This document shows positions 39,485 through 49,045 of a DNA stretch of 64,000 nt, piece by piece; position 1 is the stretch's first letter; the number at the start of each line of letters is the position of its first letter. The translations under genes and the position numbers were made by a program. Under the pieces are notes generated by a model. It saw nothing but the letters and a program-made list of their open reading frames with translations. It had not been told where the DNA came from and ran no database searches. Source of the stretch: an uncultured Verrucomicrobiota bacterium (GTDB lineage Bacteria; Verrucomicrobiota; Verrucomicrobiia; Opitutales; Seribacteraceae). Location: assembly GCA_902612125.1 (NCBI GenBank), contig CACMBV010000002.1, positions 73,282-137,281 of the forward strand, written 5' to 3'.

Positions 39485-42400
39485 TTACTCAAAGGTAAAA
39501 TCGCTCTGGGTCTGAGGGTCCCAAAAAGTCCGGCCTTCACTGAGTAACTGTTTACCAAGTGGCGTAAATGTATAATAGCCAATCCATCGAGATTTCTCTT
39601 TCTCATAAAGCCACAGTATCCATTCCGGGTTACGATTTGCCCAAACTAACTCTGTAGTCCAAAACCAACCTAATTCTGGAATAAATAACCAAGCGTGCTT
39701 CCCGTCAGGGCTATGTACATAAACCCAGCCTAATTGAGAATGAAAGATCCAAGGAAATGTTTTGTCATTGTAGATACCTAGCCAAGTCAAATCTTTCCAA
39801 CCCGGCGCGTTTTCAACCTCTTTTGCATCCTTGGAAATCGAAAGCCCTCCAAAACGATCGAAATAACGAGAGTCTCTCATTAAATTCGAAATAATTTTTT
39901 CCGTGCTCATCCCATGAAACCCTGCGATTAATTCGTCTGACATAACCCCCAGATTTTCTTGCCAAAAGCTTGAAATCAAAGCTGCGGTTTTATAATAATC
40001 ATGCTTTTGCGAGGCCCCATATATCATATCCTGGTTATTTATTTTTTCCTCTACTATCATGTTTACAACAAACAGGACTGCCGGTTCTCCATTCCGAAAA
40101 GTCGCAGCCGTTTGTTGTGGGTTTTGAGTATTGGTATTGCCCAACAGGGCTGCAAAAGGATTTATATTTCCTCCGCCACCACCTCTTCCGCCTCCTCCAC
40201 CAACACCCCCAAACCCAAAGTTTGAATACATAGACATCTGTTGCATCATCATCATTTGTTGGTCTCGCTGAGCTTCCTGAGAATTTGGATCAAAAACGGA
40301 AATCCTGTAGGAAGCCTGTGTTTCTTGCTGAAAGGTTGGTAAAGATCCATATTTATTTCCATAAATTAATCGAAAAAACTCTCTTCTGTTTTTGTCGTAA
40401 TTTGTGAATCGATCATTCCCGGTTGCTGGAGGAGTTAAGGGAGGTACTTGATCGTGGTTATCGGTGAAGTCCCTTGAAGATAAGGTATCATCAACAAAGG
40501 AACCCATGCTAAAGGCACTATCGGGAAAATCAGCCGCATCCTGATCGCTTGTTCTGAATAAATTTTCCTGGCGAAGAGAAAATCCATCCCCGTCCACATC
40601 AGCACTCCCATCCTGCCCGTAATTAGGAATGGCTGAATAAGTGTCCATAATTTCGCGGATTTTCAGGTAGTCAGGATATTCTCCAACCATAATATGATAG
40701 CCCGCAATTGCATTAACCATATTTTGAAAAATTGCCTTTTCTGATATGTGAGCTGCCCAGCGAAGAAAATCGTCATTTTCGAAAAGATATGATGATGAAG
40801 CCTCCATATCTTCTGTAATCGCAGAATTTACCTCTTGTTCCGATGCACTCCTACCCAATAGATCCTGATAAGTCTGATTTACTGCCGCTTTAGGATCACC
40901 TGAGAGATCAGGTTCGACAACTTTTATCGAAACAATATCAGTTAGAATGGATGGGGTAAAAGGTAATCCATCGACATTAACATCTTCCATCACAATCGCC
41001 CCAACAATCTCTATTGTATCTGATTCACCGGCTAAATTCTGATCACAAACCCAATCTGCAAGGAAAATACCACTCCCCCAAGCAGATTCCTGAGCAACAC
41101 AAATAAATTCTCCATTTCCCATTATGTTCATTTGCCGTGGAGTCAGACTCGCATTGGGGTTTACTTCGTTTGCCCCCCTACCAAGAAGTCCTTCTAAGTT
41201 ATTACCCTTTATATCGACCCTAATTTTTATGCTTTGTTCATGGGCATACTCTGCTCCATTGAGTGGTACTTTTATTTCAGCATTAGGTAATAGCACGCTG
41301 GATTGAACGGTTCCCGGTTGTCCAAACGCAATCCGATTTTGATCATTATCAATTCCTACAGCAGTTAATTCCCAAGTCCGGTCCGTGGTATAAATATCAC
41401 TATCTGAAAGAGGTTGGAATTTACAATAAAACGGTTTTTCACGATCAATGTGGATAAGGTCCCCGTTTAAATAAAATTCAACCCTATTCATCCCGCTATC
41501 AATGTCATCATAATTAGCAACTAAAATGAGTTCAGATCCAATTGTGGTTGATCCACTCCTCGTCAAATCAGGTAGAATGGTGATGCTGCCATCTGGTAAA
41601 AATCCCGTTTTGGGTAGGACTTCTATTCTTTCGGTATATAATGATTGCTCACCCGTAACGCTCTCCGCGACTACTGCTATTGAATAATTTCCCTCGATCG
41701 TTGGGACGAATGCACTGGAAAAAGGCCAAGTCATATCCCTTTCGATCAAATTACCATTCTCATAAAATTCTACAGCTACATAAGAATCATCATTGATATT
41801 TGAATTTAAATTCAGTGGTATCAAGGAACCAACCCGATATACATTGAAAAATTGAAGGTTTGACCATCCAGAAAGTAGGGTTAAATCCTCTGCATTTATT
41901 TCTCCTTTAATTTTTAATGTTTCATCGTCCGTAATTTCAAGGATTACATAACTTTTGGATGATAGTTGATCTCCATTGGCAAAACGAACAACTTGTCCTG
42001 CGTATAGTTGACTTAGAAATTTAGTACTAAGTCCTTGTATGATTGTAGTCTTTTCAACTTCATAGGTTTCAGCAATTCTTCGTTGCGACCCAGACACCTG
42101 AACTTGCTGAACCCCGTCATAAATTTTTACCTGACCTAGAATGTTTGGGGTAATCGAACCAAGTACGGGTTTTTGCTCTCCATACAATTCACCAATCTCA
42201 GTCGTGTAGGTATTGGAGACCGCAACATTGCCTTCATTATCTCTCGCCATGACAAAAATGTTGTAAAGACCCGAAGAATTTGCGTCCCAAATCCAAAAGT
42301 ATGGTGGTTGGGTGAAAATTCGTTCAACTTGCCCATTAATCACAAATGAAACTTCTTCGACAACTCCCTGTCCGCTGGAGGAATCGGCAAAATCCGAAAC

Positions 42401-45400
42401 CGTGGCACTTAGAAAAAGGCTTTGATTCTCGCTATAAAAGGGATTTAGCGGGTCTAGTTGAATTTGCGGAATTTTTTCATCGCCTGGTGTTAGCGTAACA
42501 ATTACCGCCGGGGCAAAATTCTCATTACCACTGCTATCCAAAGCACTTGCTGTAACAATATTCACATCCTGTGTAAAAGGAGGTTCGAGATCCACAGTAT
42601 AAAACACACTGTCTTTGGGTTTGTCTTTTTCATAGAATTTAAAGTCTCCATACTTAAACCCGTTCAAATAAAATTGCACCCCAACCAACGATCCATCTGC
42701 ATGGTTTGCACTCGCCACGAAACGCATTTTGGAATGCTTACTCATTGCCAAGTTATTCTCTGGAAAAACCATTGAGACCTGAGGTGCTGATGTAACATTC
42801 TGAACCACCTGCATCAAGATGGTTTCGGTAGAAAATTTCTGCAATCCCGCTGTATCAATGATCATGGGAAGCAAGGTGTAATTGCCTTCAGACTCAGGAA
42901 TGAATTCAAAACTGAAAATACCATTTTGGTGCAAAGTTGAATTCTCGTCATATGATACAAAATACTCCCCACTGGTGGATCTGAGTTTTGTACCGTTTGC
43001 TAATAAATAAATCCTGTAAGGCTTTTCATCGCGGTCAGTTGTAGCAAAAGTATTAATTGTCGCAGGCACTCCTCGTTTAATCCGAAAGGATACAGGTTGG
43101 TCGTTAATCATTCTAGGAATGGGAAAAATTGTTGGAGAATGCCTAACCACCGAAGGCACGACCGTAATTTTTTTATGCTTAAACTGTTCAATGTTGGTAA
43201 TAGCCGGGTCAAAAGTACCTACTTCATTTCCCATGGAATCTCTCGCCACAAACGATAGGTAATGCTCACCCTGTGAATAATCAGCAAAATCTTCAATGTA
43301 AGTGAATTTTCCGTCTCCAATATCTTTTCCGAAACCGACCGAAGCACCATCTATGTAGAATTCCACTTCTTTGATACCGTAAGCCGAAGAAGCTTCCACA
43401 CTGAAAATATTGTCCGAGCCAATTTGAACCGATGCTGTCAACTCATTGGTTGCATTTGTTTCGGTAAAAGAGGCTATTATTCCACTTCCTTCATGCTCTT
43501 TTATTGAAAGCAAGCCAGGTTTTGTAAAAAAGACATTCCCATCATAATCCTTCGCCGCAAAACTTAGAAAAGTATTTTGTGCATTATCAGCTATAAAAGG
43601 AAATGTGTAAGGATGAGTCGATTTTATATTCTCTGAATTGAGGACCCCATTGATGTACAAAGAGATATTCTCTATATTTTCCAGATTCGAAGTAGCGTTA
43701 ACTTCAAGATAGATAGGTGCTCTTGTAAAACCTCCTGAAATTCTACCCTTTGCTATAAGTGAATCCCATACTAGAGAAAAATCGGAAAGCTTACTGGAAC
43801 CATTTATGGGCGGATCGAGAGGAAGTCTATCAAGAGTGACTAATCCGTCGCCTGCATCAACATTCAAAATTGGTTCCCAACGAGGAGCAACCATATACCC
43901 CTCGCCTGCCATCAATGTACCATCAAATCTTCTCTTGATATCGAAATAAGTTTCCCCTGGATACAGATTTATAAATGTTGAGCCAAAGAAGAAGGAGCCA
44001 ATAAATGAATTGGAGGAAAGATTTTGGTCCAAGGCCAAAGCTCTTTGTTGCTGCTCATATTCTTGTTCCCTCAGGTAAATTGCAATTTCTTCCTCAGTAA
44101 CCCAATTTTGATCTCCTACTGTTTCACGCCATCTTGTAGTGATTTGAGCGGGAGTACCAGTTCTTACAACACGCCTTGTTTGTGTAACTAGAAGCTCAAG
44201 GTTATCGAGCTTATAGCCAGACCCGCCATTTGTGATGTTAAATCCAATCAAGTTTCCCGTGGAATTACTATCAAGAACCGCATCCACTATGGCAACATTA
44301 CCTTCCCCTAGAACTTTTATGTCAGGTTTTCCGATAAACTTATAATTTAGAGGTGCAATCATTTGGATGGATTGGATCGTTCCATTGTTATCAATTTGTG
44401 TTAGGATTTGGGGAGTTTTAAGAATAAATGTTTTTATTTCATCAGAATTCTCTATTTCAGCCCTGGGGGTACCATTCGTCACCATAAAGGTTTTCGGATT
44501 AGTAATAACCAAGTTGCCGGTATTGTCCCTTCCCATTGCGTGCACTGTAAACACACCAGTTTCATTAGCCTCATAGTAATGAAAATAACTTACGTTTGAT
44601 TGGCTTTTTTGAGGGTCTCTAAGCTTTTCATTTTCAAGAGACTTACCGTCTAAATAAAATGTCACTCCCTTAAAATCAGCATCCAAATCCCGTCCAGTAG
44701 CGGAAATTAAAAGAGTCGATGTATTGGTAATATTTTGAAACGGTAGTTCGTTCAGTTCAAGTACAGGTGATAATTCTGCAAAGTCAGCAATTTTAAAATC
44801 TACAATCTCACTACTTGCGATCGGTATTTGTCCTCCCTTTTTAAAAATCAAGACTTGCACTGTATGGGTACCGACCGAAGTAAACCTGGGAATAATAGAA
44901 AAGGTGAAGCGATGGCTAAGATAATCATCATTTTGTGGATCAATGGAATTGGTGACGCCATGTTGAGTCATTAATCCGATAAATTCATTGTCTAACATGA
45001 CTATACCATAGGTTAAACCGGCAAGTTCTGGGGCAAGCTCAAAATCGGCAATAACCGGCACCACAGACTGAACAGAAAAGGACTCGTTTAAGTCGTTTCG
45101 TGGAAAGAGCACATTTATTCCACTTCCTGAAATCACTGAAGGCAAAGAGGAAGCCTTGCGATCCCGCAAAATAATCTCACGATTAGTATTGGTATCAACA
45201 GGAATTTGATTGCTCCCATTGAAAACCAAGCTTCCATTGCCTGAGGCATCCGTGCTGAATACCACAAATCGTCCATTCCCACTTAAGCTTGGAAACCTAT
45301 TACTTGGCATACTCGTTGAGGAACTGCCTATATAATTGGTTGGAAAACCGAAGGTGCTCAAACTAACTCTTTCGTTTTTCCCAGTTGTAGAATCAAAAAG

Positions 45401-48400
45401 ATAAATATCATCCGTAAGAACATCTTTCTGAGAAGCGTAAAGCTGTCGCCCATCCCCGGACTGTATAAATGTGGTTGCCGGAGAGATTTCAGAGAAGCCA
45501 TGGATCGTGGGGGGAGGTGCGATATAGGGAGTGGCTCTGGTGAATCCAGAACCGCTAAAAAGCATATTGCTCTGCGCCGTAACCAATATAGAAGATGTAT
45601 TGTTGAGGATTACTTTTCCTGAAAGAGCACTCAGTGTGAATGTTCTTCCTCCGGTTGCATTATTTTCGATTTGAGGTCCATCAAAAAGAGGTTCTGGGTG
45701 TTGCCATAGATCATAATTCCATTGGTCTAAAATGACACTGGTGATCTGGTCACGAATCTGAGACAATGAACGGCCATTGATACCTATTGTTAAAGGCGGT
45801 GAATCACTGGACGCAAAAGTTATAGGAATCGATTTATTTGCATCCTCAATTCTAAGGGTTGTCGATAAAAGGCCGGCCGTTGAAATGATTTCAAGATCAA
45901 ATTTTTGTTCCAAATAAACACCACCCAATGAATCTATTTTGATCCGGTCAGGATTAATCTTTGCATCCGGTTTTCCGTCCCCATCTGAATCGACCCCGTC
46001 ACCGTCAATTGCAATCAAGGAATCTAAACCTAAGGTTGTGACAGCCGACTGATGATAATTTAAGCCATGGTCAATCATTTCTACTCTATGAATTTTCCCC
46101 CCTCCAGTTCTTGCAGCTCCCAATCCTATTTCCTTAACTAAACGCAAGGTCCCGGCTGAAAACCCTGTACCGCCTCTTGGGTTATCCACCTGAACCGAAG
46201 TGGAATTAAAATTATAATTCGAGCCATGATTGATCATATTAATCGATGTAATTCGTCCGGAGCTGTCGACTTCATAAGATGCGACAGCTCCAGTTCCAGC
46301 ACCCGAAAAGTCGTTAATTGCAAGAAATCCATTGGAATAGCCTTGACCAGAGGTAAGGATTTCAATTTCTCCGATACCTCCAACTACTACAGCTTGTGCC
46401 TTCGCATGCTTAATCAAATTGTTCGAAAATATCTTTCCATCTGCACGGGAAATTTGATCCGTCAATAAATTAGAAGCTTGGGTGGAATATACTATTTTTG
46501 TTCCGTCAGAACTAACAGCGGGTTCCCGACTAGGTAAATCTCCCCCTACTCCCGATTCATTTTCACTGACCCTGCGGATCGTAGAGTAATCTCCCGAAAG
46601 AAAGTTATTGAGGTTCACTGAATAAATTTCTCCAAGCGGATGGGTAAGATGGGCTTTTATGGAAGCAATTTGGGTAGGTGCGGGAAAATTTGGATCCGGA
46701 GTGATGGTTACTTTCGGATCGGTATAGTTTTTTCCAGCACTTACCAATTGAATTCCGCCAGGTTTAATTTGTCCGTATAAATCGATGGCATCATCCATGA
46801 AAGCAATTTCCGCCCCTTCCCCATTTCCGTAAGGATCATTGATGAATAATCCGGGATTTCCCATATAGCCCACTCCACTTTTCTCGACCGTGAGGAGTGA
46901 CACCCCTTTATTGCTAACTAGATTTGTGGCCAGAGAACGAAAAACTAAAGTCGATCCGTCCCCACTAATCTTTGGTTGATCGGAAAAGCCGCCACTTGCC
47001 TCTAGTCCAAAGATAGACTTGTTAATTCTTGAAGTTAATTTGGTTGTGTTATCATAGAGAAAAATATCTGCATTTCCATTGGTATCGGTTTCTCCCGAAA
47101 TTAAATCTGTAGCGTCCGAGGAGAAGACTACCCGATTCCCATCACTACTTATTGAAGAAGTGCGACTATCACCATTTCCATTGGTCAATAAGGATATTGT
47201 GCCATACGAAGCGACAGAACGATTCCAGAGGAAAATTTCTTTTCCTGTTGTAACGGAGCTTGTCAGATTGGTTGCTTCGGATTCGAAGGCTATGTAAGAT
47301 CCATCATAGCTAACACATGGATAAAAACTGCCTCCATTTCCTTGTTCATTCTTGGCAAAATTAGTCGCCCGGTCAGTCTTTCCTGAATTTATGTAGTATA
47401 CAAAAATATCTTCATGCCCATTGGTGTCTCCCTGAACCAGATCACTGGCACGAGAATGGAACACAATTACATTGCCGTCACCACTGACCCTTGGGCTTAA
47501 ACTGTCATCATTACCATTTGTTACGGCAACTGGGTTGGAAGAGTCTCTTACATCCTTAAAAAAGATTTGTTTAACACCTGAAACAGATCTTTCATATGCG
47601 ACTATATTACCGTCAAAACTAGTGGAAGGGCGCTCTTGTTCAGTGCCGTTGCTTTCAACAAAGCTACTGGTCCCTCTATTTAAAGAAGTAAGTGTGATCG
47701 AAGGAGTATTCTGGAAGATATAATCGACGTCTAGCATACTTGTCAAAAGATAGTAGTCCCCCTCGAAGTTGTCGGGTAGCTGTTGCACCCAATCTAGGTT
47801 GATTGTTTCATTGGGCAAAAGATTAGCCCCTAGGGCATCGCCACTCAGGTCAAACTCACGAAGAAGATAATCGTCAGTCGAAAAGCTGTCATCCGTCGAC
47901 AAAGCAACCCGCAACAAGTAGGAATCATTTTCCCGAACGACTCCGTTGCCTTCATTTCGTACAGCAAATGATATTCGAATAGGATCGAGACCATTAAAAG
48001 AACCAACATCTCCCTGAAAACTGGATGGCGAAACTTTTAGATCTGCGGTGCCCTGCGTCACCGTAAAATTAATACCTACATGATTGTTATTTTCATTAAA
48101 TTCTTCAATTAAATCCCCTATAGGTTGAATGTAGTTTTCTCCTTCTGGAAGATCTGCAATAAGCTGGATAGTATAGATTCCTTGAGCATCATCAGGAACT
48201 TGCAAATCATTGATTTCGAACGGCACCTGTGCTCCTGGTAAGATTGCGGTCTGGGTGCTCCCGTCGGATACAGGTAAAACCACACTTTCAAAATCCAAAC
48301 TTATAGCCCTCGATATTGGGTTTGTGGCAACGACATTTCCGGCATACAGCCGGGCTTCCACTTGAAAACGAATGCCGGGCTGAGTCATTGCACTCCCAAT

Positions 48401-49045
48401 GTTGCTGAGCAGGCCATTCACTTGTATGCGGTCACCGGGATATATCGTTGGAGAAAGTTGTCCGGAAATGGGATCCTTCGAACGAATTTGAAGATTATTC
48501 TCAATGCTTAAATCAGGAACCTGTATGTAAATATAATGTTGGACGGAATTATTCACCAAATTCGACTCAAGTGAGGGACTGGATACAGATGCAACCAATG
48601 TCCAATTATTATCGTCATTATTGTATGGAATTTCATCCGCACCGATAAACCATTTTTGGGACTCCGTCCAAGGCATCTGAATACTCACCTGCCCTATATT
48701 ATTTGCAGTATTATCCAATCTATTTTCTGGAGGAGCCGGATTAGAAAAGCCATCCCAACTTTGGGCATGACTAAAAATGATGTTTCCGTAAGGGTCTTTA
48801 AGTTCAAGGATTGCTGTCACAGTTTCACCCACAACTGCCGAGGAGTTTCCTTCATGATTTACGGTCGCTTGAATTGAAAATACATCTCCAATTTCTACGA
48901 AGGTAGGTGGTGTTGTGTCGAAAGTTATGGATAGGTCGGTAGAATTTTGGGAAAAGGCGGTCGAGTATATTCCAAATACCGTTAGGGTTGTGGTAAGTCT
49001 ATGCAGTAGGGATGAGAAATTACGATAAATCATCTTATCTTCCAT
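39485..49045 (-). CDS. Giant secreted surface protein (CARDB-like, TolB/PD40-like propeller, multiple Ig-like domains, Trp-rich C-terminal domain)
   Basis: 3,186-aa ORF with signal peptide; PxxSxDGxxxxFxSxAxNL repeats; VEFYxNG...Y.l.a.A.D Ig repeats; likely start ATG 49033 overlapping the upstream stop (ATGA). Confidence 0.85.
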   Translation of the reverse strand: MEDKMIYRNFSSLLHRLTTTLTVFGIYSTAFSQNSTDLSITFDTTPPTFVEIGDVFSIQATVNHEGNSSAVVGETVTAILELKDPYGNIIFSHAQSWDGFSNPAPPENRLDNTANNIGQVSIQMPWTESQKWFIGADEIPYNNDDNNWTLVASVSSPSLESNLVNNSVQHYIYIQVPDLSIENNLQIRSKDPISGQLSPTIYPGDRIQVNGLLSNIGSAMTQPGIRFQVEARLYAGNVVATNPISRAISLDFESVVLPVSDGSTQTAILPGAQVPFEINDLQVPDDAQGIYTIQLIADLPEGENYIQPIGDLIEEFNENNNHVGINFTVTQGTADLKVSPSSFQGDVGSFNGLDPIRISFAVRNEGNGVVRENDSYLLRVALSTDDSFSTDDYLLREFDLSGDALGANLLPNETINLDWVQQLPDNFEGDYYLLTSMLDVDYIFQNTPSITLTSLNRGTSSFVESNGTEQERPSTSFDGNIVAYERSVSGVKQIFFKDVRDSSNPVAVTNGNDDSLSPRVSGDGNVIVFHSRASDLVQGDTNGHEDIFVYYINSGKTDRATNFAKNEQGNGGSFYPCVSYDGSYIAFESEATNLTSSVTTGKEIFLWNRSVASYGTISLLTNGNGDSRTSSISSDGNRVVFSSDATDLISGETDTNGNADIFLYDNTTKLTSRINKSIFGLEASGGFSDQPKISGDGSTLVFRSLATNLVSNKGVSLLTVEKSGVGYMGNPGLFINDPYGNGEGAEIAFMDDAIDLYGQIKPGGIQLVSAGKNYTDPKVTITPDPNFPAPTQIASIKAHLTHPLGEIYSVNLNNFLSGDYSTIRRVSENESGVGGDLPSREPAVSSDGTKIVYSTQASNLLTDQISRADGKIFSNNLIKHAKAQAVVVGGIGEIEILTSGQGYSNGFLAINDFSGAGTGAVASYEVDSSGRITSINMINHGSNYNFNSTSVQVDNPRGGTGFSAGTLRLVKEIGLGAARTGGGKIHRVEMIDHGLNYHQSAVTTLGLDSLIAIDGDGVDSDGDGKPDAKINPDRIKIDSLGGVYLEQKFDLEIISTAGLLSTTLRIEDANKSIPITFASSDSPPLTIGINGRSLSQIRDQITSVILDQWNYDLWQHPEPLFDGPQIENNATGGRTFTLSALSGKVILNNTSSILVTAQSNMLFSGSGFTRATPYIAPPPTIHGFSEISPATTFIQSGDGRQLYASQKDVLTDDIYLFDSTTGKNERVSLSTFGFPTNYIGSSSTSMPSNRFPSLSGNGRFVVFSTDASGNGSLVFNGSNQIPVDTNTNREIILRDRKASSLPSVISGSGINVLFPRNDLNESFSVQSVVPVIADFELAPELAGLTYGIVMLDNEFIGLMTQHGVTNSIDPQNDDYLSHRFTFSIIPRFTSVGTHTVQVLIFKKGGQIPIASSEIVDFKIADFAELSPVLELNELPFQNITNTSTLLISATGRDLDADFKGVTFYLDGKSLENEKLRDPQKSQSNVSYFHYYEANETGVFTVHAMGRDNTGNLVITNPKTFMVTNGTPRAEIENSDEIKTFILKTPQILTQIDNNGTIQSIQMIAPLNYKFIGKPDIKVLGEGNVAIVDAVLDSNSTGNLIGFNITNGGSGYKLDNLELLVTQTRRVVRTGTPAQITTRWRETVGDQNWVTEEEIAIYLREQEYEQQQRALALDQNLSSNSFIGSFFFGSTFINLYPGETYFDIKRRFDGTLMAGEGYMVAPRWEPILNVDAGDGLVTLDRLPLDPPINGSSKLSDFSLVWDSLIAKGRISGGFTRAPIYLEVNATSNLENIENISLYINGVLNSENIKSTHPYTFPFIADNAQNTFLSFAAKDYDGNVFFTKPGLLSIKEHEGSGIIASFTETNATNELTASVQIGSDNIFSVEASSAYGIKEVEFYIDGASVGFGKDIGDGKFTYIEDFADYSQGEHYLSFVARDSMGNEVGTFDPAITNIEQFKHKKITVVPSVVRHSPTIFPIPRMINDQPVSFRIKRGVPATINTFATTDRDEKPYRIYLLANGTKLRSTSGEYFVSYDENSTLHQNGIFSFEFIPESEGNYTLLPMIIDTAGLQKFSTETILMQVVQNVTSAPQVSMVFPENNLAMSKHSKMRFVASANHADGSLVGVQFYLNGFKYGDFKFYEKDKPKDSVFYTVDLEPPFTQDVNIVTASALDSSGNENFAPAVIVTLTPGDEKIPQIQLDPLNPFYSENQSLFLSATVSDFADSSSGQGVVEEVSFVINGQVERIFTQPPYFWIWDANSSGLYNIFVMARDNEGNVAVSNTYTTEIGELYGEQKPVLGSITPNILGQVKIYDGVQQVQVSGSQRRIAETYEVEKTTIIQGLSTKFLSQLYAGQVVRFANGDQLSSKSYVILEITDDETLKIKGEINAEDLTLLSGWSNLQFFNVYRVGSLIPLNLNSNINDDSYVAVEFYENGNLIERDMTWPFSSAFVPTIEGNYSIAVVAESVTGEQSLYTERIEVLPKTGFLPDGSITILPDLTRSGSTTIGSELILVANYDDIDSGMNRVEFYLNGDLIHIDREKPFYCKFQPLSDSDIYTTDRTWELTAVGIDNDQNRIAFGQPGTVQSSVLLPNAEIKVPLNGAEYAHEQSIKIRVDIKGNNLEGLLGRGANEVNPNASLTPRQMNIMGNGEFICVAQESAWGSGIFLADWVCDQNLAGESDTIEIVGAIVMEDVNVDGLPFTPSILTDIVSIKVVEPDLSGDPKAAVNQTYQDLLGRSASEQEVNSAITEDMEASSSYLFENDDFLRWAAHISEKAIFQNMVNAIAGYHIMVGEYPDYLKIREIMDTYSAIPNYGQDGSADVDGDGFSLRQENLFRTSDQDAADFPDSAFSMGSFVDDTLSSRDFTDNHDQVPPLTPPATGNDRFTNYDKNRREFFRLIYGNKYGSLPTFQQETQASYRISVFDPNSQEAQRDQQMMMMQQMSMYSNFGFGGVGGGGGRGGGGGNINPFAALLGNTNTQNPQQTAATFRNGEPAVLFVVNMIVEEKINNQDMIYGASQKHDYYKTAALISSFWQENLGVMSDELIAGFHGMSTEKIISNLMRDSRYFDRFGGLSISKDAKEVENAPGWKDLTWLGIYNDKTFPWIFHSQLGWVYVHSPDGKHAWLFIPELGWFWTTELVWANRNPEWILWLYEKEKSRWIGYYTFTPLGKQLLSEGRTFWDPQTQSDFTFE

